A stretch of 64,000 nucleotides of DNA, from positions 1 to 64,000 of the forward strand of contig JBDRRP010000159.1 of the NCBI GenBank assembly GCA_043825735.1. Reading direction: 5' to 3'. Of this stretch, positions 56,765 to 64,000 are shown in pieces. Numbering within the stretch: position 1 is the stretch's first letter; each line of letters opens with the position of its first letter. A program made the translations under genes and the position numbers. Origin of the DNA: Pseudomonadota bacterium (GTDB lineage Bacteria; Desulfobacterota; Desulfobacteria; Desulfobacterales; JBDRRP01). Under the pieces are notes generated by a model that was given only the letters and a program-made list of their open reading frames with translations, made no database searches and was not told the DNA's origin.

Positions 56765-58282
56765 ATGAGTGAAGAGCAGTGCATGAAAGCAGGCGGACAT
56801 GATAGAAAAAACCACTGCGAAAGTGACATGCATGAAGAGAAAAACGGCGTCCATGGCTGCGCGGGTCACCATCACGGGCCACCGCTGCAGGACACCAGCG
56901 GCCTGCGGCTGTTGGCCACGCTGGCACTGAATCTGATCATCCCGACGGCCCAGATCATCGGGGGGGTGATGGCCGGCAGCGTGGCCCTGATCTCGGACGC
57001 CATACATAACTTCAGTGATTTCACGGCACTGCTGATTTCCTACATCGCCTTTCGCATCGGCCGCAGGGGCGCCACGGTGTTCAATACTTTCGGTTACCGC
57101 AGGGCCGAAATCATGGCCGCACTGATCAATGTCGCACTCCTTGCCGGCGCTTCGGGTGTGATCCTGTACCATGCCGTTCACCGTTTCGCGAATCCCCAGC
57201 CGGTCAACGGCGTGCTGGTCATGGTGCTGGCCGGGGTCGGTGTCGTCGGCAACGGCCTGTCGGCCTGGCTGCTGCACCGCGATGCGGCCCACAGCCTGAA
57301 CGTGCGCGGCGCTTTTCTGCACATGGTGGGCGATCTGCTCACTTCGGTGGTGGTCCTGATCAACGGCGTTATACTGATGTTTTATCCCTGGTACTGGCTC
57401 GACCCGCTGCTCTCGGTGCTCATCGTGGCGTTCATTCTGAAAAACGGGTGGACTCTGCTCAGGGAATCCACCGCGGTCTTAATGAATGCCACCCCCGGCC
57501 ACCTGGATCTGGAAAAGGTGCGAAGCTTTCTGGACGGACTGCCCGGGGTTCTCGGCGTGCACTACCTGCATGCCTGGCAGGTCTCATCGGCCAGCACCGC
57601 GTTCTCGTGCCATGTGGTGGTACCCGATCAGCCGGTGAGCCGTACCGAAAAGATTGCCGAAAGCATCAAGCATGAGCTGTTTCACCGGTTTCGCATCGAT
57701 CATCCGGTGCTGCAGTTCGAAACCGCGGCGTGCGGCAACGGGGCGTTGCTTTGCGAAATGGCCTGCAACGGCGCGCCATGCCCTGCACCGGACGGCGGAA
57801 GAAGCGATTTGCAACTCGAAACAAACACGTCATGGACGCAGGCTCTCGCGTTTCATGGGCTGCGTCTGCTGCTGGGGGCCGTCTTCCTGTATGCCAGCTA
57901 CGACAAGATCCTGCATCCCGCAGCATTTGCCGAGGCCGTGTACAACTACCAGATCCTGCCCGATGGGGCCGTCAATCTGGCGGCCTTGACATTGCCCTGG
58001 CTGGAGCTGCTGTTGGGCATCTGCCTCGTGGCCGGGTTCTGGCTGCCGGGCGCGACACTGCTGAGCACCGCGCTGATGGCCGTCTTTATCGGTGCCCTGG
58101 TGTTCAACCGGATCCGTGGGCTGGACGCTCACTGCGGCTGTTTTTCCACGGAAACCACTGCCGGCCCCGCCGATATTTTCACCATAACCCGCGACGTTGG
58201 GTTTCTGGCCGTATCCGTTTTTTTGACCGTACGCGTCCTGTTCGGGCGGCTGCAACATCCCCCCAGGGCTTCGACCGGTTAA
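56765..58282 (+). CDS. Cation diffusion facilitator (CzcD/ZitB-like) fused to a MauE/DoxX domain
   Basis: His/Cys-rich N-terminus, DAIHNFSD, FGYRRAE, AFLHMVGD and LQFE; then RLLLGAVF..DKILHP..PWLELLLG..CGCF. Confidence 0.9.
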   Translation: MSEEQCMKAGGHDRKNHCESDMHEEKNGVHGCAGHHHGPPLQDTSGLRLLATLALNLIIPTAQIIGGVMAGSVALISDAIHNFSDFTALLISYIAFRIGRRGATVFNTFGYRRAEIMAALINVALLAGASGVILYHAVHRFANPQPVNGVLVMVLAGVGVVGNGLSAWLLHRDAAHSLNVRGAFLHMVGDLLTSVVVLINGVILMFYPWYWLDPLLSVLIVAFILKNGWTLLRESTAVLMNATPGHLDLEKVRSFLDGLPGVLGVHYLHAWQVSSASTAFSCHVVVPDQPVSRTEKIAESIKHELFHRFRIDHPVLQFETAACGNGALLCEMACNGAPCPAPDGGRSDLQLETNTSWTQALAFHGLRLLLGAVFLYASYDKILHPAAFAEAVYNYQILPDGAVNLAALTLPWLELLLGICLVAGFWLPGATLLSTALMAVFIGALVFNRIRGLDAHCGCFSTETTAGPADIFTITRDVGFLAVSVFLTVRVLFGRLQHPPRASTG

Positions 58283-58374
58283 CCAAGGAAATAACACGGC
58301 GGCGCATAATTTTTCCCACCCTGGTGGATATGGATACCGGAAGAAAAAGCAGGCCTTAAAAGGAGATAATTGAA

Positions 58375-59733
58375 ATGATCCCGCTTCTCGTCATCGGCGG
58401 CAGCGACGCCGGCATCAGCGCGGCGCTGCGTATCAAAGAGATCGACCCGAAGGCCGCGGTCACCGTGATGGTGGCCGACGCATACCCCAACTTTAGCATC
58501 TGCGGGCTGCCGTTTTACCTGAGCGGCGAAGTGGCTGATTGGCGTACTTTGGCCCACCGTACCGCTGAAGAGATCACACGGCACGGCATCGATTTGTTGC
58601 TCGACCACAGGGCGCTGGCCATCGATCCGAAGACCAAGCAGGTGCAGGTCCGTTCATCGGATGGAAACAATCGCCGGATCGGTTACGACAAGCTGCTGAT
58701 CGCTACCGGTGCGGAATCGGCCAGACCGCCCATCGAAGGCCTGGAAAGTCCCGGTGTCTTTTTCCTGCGCTGGATGGATGACAGCTTCGCGGTCAAACGG
58801 TTTATGGAGAAGGAGCGCCCCAAGCGGGCCGTGGTCATCGGCGGCGGCTATATCGGCCTGGAAATGGCCGACGCCCTGACCCACAAGGGGATGGCGGTCA
58901 CCCTGCTGGAATTCGCTCCCGAGGTATTGACGACACTGGACCCGGAACTTGGCGCATTGATCAGGGCCGAGCTTCAATCCAAGGGGGTGCGGGTGATCAC
59001 CGGGCAGGCGGTTCAGCGGATCTCGCGAAATGAAAATGAACTGTCGGTGCAAACGGCTGCCGGTGACACCGTGGCGGCGGACATAGTGCTGGTGGCGGCC
59101 GGCGCCCGCCCTTCGACCGATCTGGCCCAATCCGCCGGCATCGGCCTCGGGGTCGGAAATGCCATCCAAGTGGACAGGCGCATGGCCACGGAAGTGACGG
59201 ATATATGGGCGGCCGGTGATTGCGTCAAGACCTGGCACCGCATGCTCGAACGCCATGTTTACATGCCGCTGGGCACCACGGCCCACAAGCAGGGCCGTGT
59301 GGCCGGGGAAAACATGCTGGGGGGATCCTGTGAATTTCAGGGCAGTATGGGAACCCAGGTCGTCAAGGTCTTCGACCAGGTGGCCGCAAGAACCGGCCTA
59401 CGGGAGATCGAAGCGGCCGAAGCCGGTTTTGATCCGTTGACCGTGTCCCTGACCTCCTGGGACCATAAAGTGTATTATCCAGGTGCCAAGGAATTGCACA
59501 TCCGTCTGACCGGGGATCAAACCACCGGCCGGTTGCTCGGCGCCCAAATGGTTGGCCATCGGGAATCGGAGGTCTCCAAGCGGGTCGACATCGTTGCCAC
59601 CGCACTGTATCACGCCATGCAGGTGTCGGGGCTGTGCGATCTGGACCTATCCTATACCCCGCCGCTGTCCAGTCCGTGGGATCCGTTGCAAATGGCGGCG
59701 ATGCATTGGTGCCGACAGGCAAAGATGCCTTGA
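58375..59733 (+). CDS. CoA-disulfide reductase-like flavoprotein
   Basis: IGGSDAG, NFSICGLP redox Cys, GGGYIGLE, AAGDC and DLSYTPP. Confidence 0.9.
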   Translation: MIPLLVIGGSDAGISAALRIKEIDPKAAVTVMVADAYPNFSICGLPFYLSGEVADWRTLAHRTAEEITRHGIDLLLDHRALAIDPKTKQVQVRSSDGNNRRIGYDKLLIATGAESARPPIEGLESPGVFFLRWMDDSFAVKRFMEKERPKRAVVIGGGYIGLEMADALTHKGMAVTLLEFAPEVLTTLDPELGALIRAELQSKGVRVITGQAVQRISRNENELSVQTAAGDTVAADIVLVAAGARPSTDLAQSAGIGLGVGNAIQVDRRMATEVTDIWAAGDCVKTWHRMLERHVYMPLGTTAHKQGRVAGENMLGGSCEFQGSMGTQVVKVFDQVAARTGLREIEAAEAGFDPLTVSLTSWDHKVYYPGAKELHIRLTGDQTTGRLLGAQMVGHRESEVSKRVDIVATALYHAMQVSGLCDLDLSYTPPLSSPWDPLQMAAMHWCRQAKMP

Positions 59734-59879
59734 TGTCGGGTGGCGGGGCTGTCGACACCATTTGTCATATCGGGAATGGCACTTGTATCTGGCCCGATGC
59801 GACAACATCTAGAATTCTCAGCGTTTACTGGAACCCTGGTGGCAGTATTCCGGTCGAATCCATTGGCCTGGGATACAGA

Positions 59880-59932
59880 TTGACAACGGCGATGATATGG
59901 CCTAAACATCTATTTCGTTATTTGGCGAATTA
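59880..59932 (+). promoter_or_regulatory. Putative ars promoter/operator
   Basis: TTGACA at 59880; TATTTCG-N8-CGAATTA imperfect palindrome before arsR. Confidence 0.55.
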
Positions 59933-59946
59933 TAGGCTTGGATACC

Positions 59947-60342
59947 ATGCGTGAGCTTATCAGAACCACCAAAGCCCTGGCCGATGAAAACCGGATTCGG
60001 ATTTTAGGCGCCTTGATAGACCGGGAGTTGTGCGTGTGCCAACTCATCGAACTGCTGGGGTTTGCGCCGTCGACGGTTTCAAAGCATTTGTCGATTCTCC
60101 GGAATGCGCGCTTGATCGAAAGCCGAAAGCAAGGCCGATGGATGTATTATCGCCTGGCCCGTGCCGATGCGACCGTGCAGACCGATGCGGCTATAGGCTG
60201 GGTGCTGCAATCGTTCAAAGGATGCCGGCAGTACTTGGAAGACAGCCGGCGACTGGCGGAGATTCTCCAAATCGACCCGGAAGTGCTTTGCAGCCGGCAG
60301 GCCGGCTCGGGTGTCTGTGACAGGAGAAACTCTGGCAAATAG
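59947..60342 (+). CDS. arsR: ArsR family regulator
   Basis: KALADENRIRIL, ELCVCQL and STVSKHLSIL; extra C-terminal Cys residues. Confidence 0.93.
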   Translation: MRELIRTTKALADENRIRILGALIDRELCVCQLIELLGFAPSTVSKHLSILRNARLIESRKQGRWMYYRLARADATVQTDAAIGWVLQSFKGCRQYLEDSRRLAEILQIDPEVLCSRQAGSGVCDRRNSGK

Positions 60343-60348
60343 ATCAGG

Positions 60349-60804
60349 ATGACGATGAAGACACGACTCAAAATACTGTTTTTGTGCACCGGCAATTCCT
60401 GCCGCAGCCAGATGGCCGAAGGCTGGGCCCGCCACCTGAAAAGCGATACCCTCGAGGTGGCTTCCGCCGGGGTGGAGACCCATGGCCTGAATCCGCTGGC
60501 AGTCAAGGTCATGGCCGAGGCCGGCGTCGACATTTCCGGGCACCGGTCCAAGCTGGTGGATGCCTTTGTCGATCGCGACTGGGATGCGGTGGTTACCGTC
60601 TGCGGCAGCGCCCATGAGCGCTGCCCGCTGTTTCGCGGCAGGGCGCGCATCATCCACAAGGGGTTCGACGATCCCCCGGCCCTGGCGCGTGATGCAAAGA
60701 CCGAAGAAGAAGCCCTGGTCTACTACCGGCGGGTGCGCGACGAGATCCGCCGGTTTGTGGCCGGGCTGCCCGAATCGTTAACGGCTGTCATGGAAAAGGA
60801 GTGA
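60349..60804 (+). CDS. arsC: Thioredoxin-coupled arsenate reductase (LMW-PTP fold)
   Basis: [23 protein letters not shown] and FDDP. Confidence 0.95.
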   Translation: MTMKTRLKILFLCTGNSCRSQMAEGWARHLKSDTLEVASAGVETHGLNPLAVKVMAEAGVDISGHRSKLVDAFVDRDWDAVVTVCGSAHERCPLFRGRARIIHKGFDDPPALARDAKTEEEALVYYRRVRDEIRRFVAGLPESLTAVMEKE

Positions 60805-61997
60805 ATCGGGGCATGGTGAATTCTACTGCTGACGAACGGAAAATGACCAGCGTGTTCGAGCGCTACCTTTCGATGTGGGTGGTACTCTGCATCGTGGCCG
60901 GGATTCTGTTGGGAAAAGTGGCGCCGGACGTGGCCAAGACCCTGGACGCCATGGCCATCACGGTGAACGGGGCGCCGGTGGTGAGCATCCCCATCGCCGT
61001 GTGCCTGTTTTTCATGATGTACCCCATCATGGTGAAGATCGACTTTGCCGAGGTGATCAAAGCCGGCAAGAGCGGCAAACCTGTATTGCTGACCCTGTTT
61101 GTCAACTGGGCGGTAAAACCCTTTACCATGTACGCCATCGCCGTGTTTTTTCTGGGCACGCTGTTTTACGGGTTCATCGGCCCGGAGGCCGTGGACCACG
61201 TGAAAATGCCCTTCGGACTGGATCTGGCCGTGGGGGCGACGCACGGCGCCGGCACGGTGGTGCTGTTGGACGGGGTGAAAGTGCTCCAGGTGCCCCTGTG
61301 GCGCAGCTATCTGGCCGGCTGCATCCTTCTGGGGATCGCCCCGTGCACGGCCATGGTGCTGGTCTGGGGATACCTGGCCCGGGGCAACGACGGGCTCACC
61401 CTGGTCATGGTGGCGATCAACAGCCTCACCATGCTGGTGCTCTATGGGGTGCTGGGCGGGTTTCTGCTGGGCGTGGGACGGCTGCCGGTTCCCTGGCAGG
61501 CCCTGCTTTTGTCGATCGGCATCTATGTGGCGCTGCCCCTGGCCGCCGGCTATTTATCACGGCGCTGGATCATCGGCGCCAAGGGGGAGACCTGGTTCAA
61601 GGAAAAATTCCTGCACGTGCTCACCCCGATCACCATCATCGCGCTGCTGCTCACGCTGGTGCTGCTGTTTTCCTTCAAGGGTGAGGTCATCGTCGCCAAC
61701 CCGCTGACCATCGTCTGGATCGCCGTGCCGCTGTTCATCCAGACCGTGCTGATCTTCGCACTGGGATACGCGCTGGCCAGAATGCTCAAGCTAAACTACG
61801 CGGACGCGGCCCCGGCGGCCATGATCGGCGCCTCCAATCATTTCGAAGTGGCCATCGCCACGTCAACGATGCTCTTCGGGCTCTCCTCCGGTGCCGCCCT
61901 GGCCACGGTGGTGGGGGTGCTCATCGAGGTGCCGGTGATGCTGATGCTCGTGCGCATCTGCCGCAAGACCACGCACTGGTTTCCGGAGCCGGCCTGA
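60801..61997 (+). CDS. acr3: ACR3-family arsenite efflux transporter
   Basis: [38 protein letters not shown] and GVLIEVP. Confidence 0.96.
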   Translation: MNRGMVNSTADERKMTSVFERYLSMWVVLCIVAGILLGKVAPDVAKTLDAMAITVNGAPVVSIPIAVCLFFMMYPIMVKIDFAEVIKAGKSGKPVLLTLFVNWAVKPFTMYAIAVFFLGTLFYGFIGPEAVDHVKMPFGLDLAVGATHGAGTVVLLDGVKVLQVPLWRSYLAGCILLGIAPCTAMVLVWGYLARGNDGLTLVMVAINSLTMLVLYGVLGGFLLGVGRLPVPWQALLLSIGIYVALPLAAGYLSRRWIIGAKGETWFKEKFLHVLTPITIIALLLTLVLLFSFKGEVIVANPLTIVWIAVPLFIQTVLIFALGYALARMLKLNYADAAPAAMIGASNHFEVAIATSTMLFGLSSGAALATVVGVLIEVPVMLMLVRICRKTTHWFPEPA

Positions 61998-62000
61998 TCC

Positions 62001-63353
62001 ATGGATGATCGACGACGACCGGAGAAGACCGCGCCCTTGCCCGGATCGGCCGCAAGTCCGCCCAATCCGGAGATGGATCCGCTGCCCGGCACCCTTCATG
62101 TGGAGGTGACCACCCGGTGCAACCTGCGCTGCCGTATGTGCGTCAAGCACGCCGACGGCGGCGGTATTGCCGAAGGGGACATGGCGCCGGCGGTTTTCGA
62201 CGCCGTGCTGCCGATCCTGCCGGCGGTCGAGCGGCTGTTGCTCAACGGTATCGGCGAGCCGCTGCTCCACCCGGATCTCGATGCCTTCATCCGGGCGGCG
62301 AGAGCGCGGATGCCGGAAACCGCCAGCATCGGGTTTCAGACCAACGGGATTCTTTTGACGCCCGAGCGGGCGCGGTCCCTGGTGACGGCCGGCGCCGACC
62401 GGTTTTGCTTTTCCGTCGATGCGGTTTCGCCGGCCTTGTACCGGCAGGTGCGGGCCGGGGGAGAGATCGAGGGTGTGGCGGCGGCTTTTGCCGCCATCGG
62501 CGCCGCCCGAAAGGCCGCGACGCGTCCGATCAGCATCGGCGTGGAAATGGTGTTGCGACGCGATAACCTGGAAGCGCTTCCCGATACGGTCCGCTGGGCA
62601 GCCGCTCACGGCGCCGATTTTTTTATCGCCACCCACATGATCGCCTATGACGCGGCCATCCAGAGCCAGGTTGCCTTCGCGCAGGACACCGATGCGGCCG
62701 TGGCCTATTTCGAAGACCACCGCAGAAAAGCCGCCGCTGGCGGCATCGACATCAGCGACTATTTTTCAATCCGGTGGAAGTACTCAAAATCTCCCGAGGA
62801 GGCGCGCGTGGTGGATTTTGTCGACCGAATGATCGCCGATGCGGCCGATGCTGGAATCTTCTTCCATCTTCGGCGCCTGCTGGGCAGGGATCCGGATCTT
62901 TCAGCGCAGGTGAGCCGGGTGTTCGCCGATGCGGAGCGGGTGGCGACCGAAGTCGGTGTGTCACTGTCGCTGCCGGCGGCCGCCCCCCGGGGAGAAAAAC
63001 GCTGCGAGTTTATGGAAAATGCCAGCGCTTTTATCTCCTGGACCGGAGATGTCCATCCGTGTTTTTTCCTCTGGCACCGATACCGCTGCCACGTGGCCGA
63101 CTGGCAAAAGCATGTCACCCCCGTGAGCTTCGGCAATCTGTGTGAGCGCCCCTTTATCGATATCTGGAACGCCCCCGACTACGGCGATTTCCGCAGGGCG
63201 GTGCGTCGCTACGAGTACCCGCTGTGCTCCAACTGCTCGCTGGCGCCGTGCGATCTGGTGGATTCAAAGCAATTCGAAGTGGACTGCTACACCAACACCA
63301 TCCCCTGCTGCGACTGCCAGTGGTGCCTGGGCGTGTTTCAGTGCCTGAGATAG
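62001..63353 (+). CDS. Radical SAM/SPASM putative metalloenzyme maturase (TIGR04311-like)
   Basis: EVTTRCNLRCRMC, NGIGEPL, QTNG, VHPCFFLWH and Cys-rich tail CSNCSLAPCD..DC..PCCDCQWC..FQCL. Confidence 0.88.
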   Translation: MDDRRRPEKTAPLPGSAASPPNPEMDPLPGTLHVEVTTRCNLRCRMCVKHADGGGIAEGDMAPAVFDAVLPILPAVERLLLNGIGEPLLHPDLDAFIRAARARMPETASIGFQTNGILLTPERARSLVTAGADRFCFSVDAVSPALYRQVRAGGEIEGVAAAFAAIGAARKAATRPISIGVEMVLRRDNLEALPDTVRWAAAHGADFFIATHMIAYDAAIQSQVAFAQDTDAAVAYFEDHRRKAAAGGIDISDYFSIRWKYSKSPEEARVVDFVDRMIADAADAGIFFHLRRLLGRDPDLSAQVSRVFADAERVATEVGVSLSLPAAAPRGEKRCEFMENASAFISWTGDVHPCFFLWHRYRCHVADWQKHVTPVSFGNLCERPFIDIWNAPDYGDFRRAVRRYEYPLCSNCSLAPCDLVDSKQFEVDCYTNTIPCCDCQWCLGVFQCLR

Positions 63354-63366
63354 CCGGGTCCTGCCG

Positions 63367-63507
63367 ATCTCCAAGATCCTTCCGGGGTCGGGATCGAAAT
63401 CGGGATCGAAATCGATGTTTTCTGCGGTCGATACCGATCCCGATAGCGAATTCGATGCGCACGAGGAGGTATTGTGCAAACGGAACGTATTTTTGACAAT
63501 GGCTATA
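63367..63507. repeat. Dispersed repeat, family ending TGACAATGGCTATA, with a hexamer hairpin
   Basis: Aligns with 13147-13263 and 10543-10600. Confidence 0.85.
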
Positions 63508-63741
63508 AAAAGGGTCCAATGGTTCAAGTGACGGCATTGGGCGCTATTCAGTACTCTTGCGTCCGGCAGCCGATCCCAGCAGCATGCTATCGGTGATATC
63601 AGAACGCACAATCAATTCAGATGTTCCAAAGCCTTGCCGTCCGTAGACGAATTTCGCTTTTTTTTGCTGTTTTTCACTCGACCCCTTGGACCCTCGGCCC
63701 CTATTCATCGACCAATCCTTTGGGAGATGCTCCCCAAAAGC

Positions 63742-63999
63742 CTACCAGCCGAAGATCCTGATGACGGCGCGCTCCAGCAGCAGGCGCAAGGTGGCGGCGT
63801 CGCTGTCGTTGAGCGGGCACTTGGCTTTTCGCTCACCCCGGCTCATGGTCATGAACCAGCCGAAACGCTCGCCCTTGCTCACCTGCAGGCAGCTTTTGGG
63901 AAGCGTGCCTTCGTCTCCCCCCTCTGCGCGGGCTTTGTTCGGGTCGTGGACGATCTGGCAGGGCTCACCCCGAAGCCCGGCGAGTATCTGGTGAATGTC
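63742..63999 (-). CDS. Partial (3' end) Whirly-like ssDNA-binding protein
   Basis: Open frame from the window edge: DIHQILAGLRGEPCQIVHDPNKARAEGGDEGTLPKSCLQVSKGERFGWFMTMSRGERKAKCPLNDSDAATLRLLLERAVIRIFGW*. Confidence 0.6.
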   Translation of the reverse strand, partial: DIHQILAGLRGEPCQIVHDPNKARAEGGDEGTLPKSCLQVSKGERFGWFMTMSRGERKAKCPLNDSDAATLRLLLERAVIRIFGW

Positions 64000-64000
64000 C

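Noticed and set aside
2376..59286. Many long antisense ORFs in the track (e.g. 2376..3458, 8519..10039, 13287..14423, 29500..30798)
   Set aside because: Shadow frames of well-supported genes, as expected in high-GC DNA; no motifs or RBS.
50000..63700. Integrative element or transposon boundaries around the ars island
   Set aside because: No integrase, transposase, tRNA or flanking direct repeats seen; mobility is unsupported.

Overview
A GC-rich bacterial chromosome segment. Gene content suggests a sulfate-reducing deltaproteobacterium (Desulfobacterota, Desulfobacterales-like): DVU0524-type and PxxKW-type small proteins, selA, and a Geobacter-type radical SAM/SPASM gene; the taxonomy is inferred. 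Positions 1-50 kb are mostly housekeeping: gmhA, selA, rfbB, pyrF, lysC-tsaE-nnr-pdxJ-ybeY-HDIG-phoH, cvpA-mazG, fba, lpoA-like/waaA, pfk/kdsD, ClC, truA, rluB-like and prfC. Positions 50.3-63.4 kb are a co-oriented ArsR-controlled arsenic/metal/thiol-redox island. No rRNA, tRNA, CRISPR array or transposase was recognised. Main signals missing from the ORF track: (1) two selenoproteins hidden by in-frame TGA, a 66-aa dual-CxxC protein (41479-41679, minus) and a DUF1573 U-G-C protein inside the metal island (54639-55340); (2) a complete ANTAR dual-hairpin/terminator leader between a GAF-ANTAR gene and an FMN glutamate-synthase-like gene; (3) an E. coli-type FadR with its own operator heading a GlpD / alkyl-DHAP-synthase-like / FGGY-kinase cluster, a candidate O2-independent ether-lipid pathway; (4) a partial Whirly-like gene at the right edge; (5) a PdxJ that has lost most catalytic residues; (6) several families of short non-autonomous repeats that recombine with each other and extend gene 3' ends. 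All family calls come from motif recognition by eye; no database search was run.
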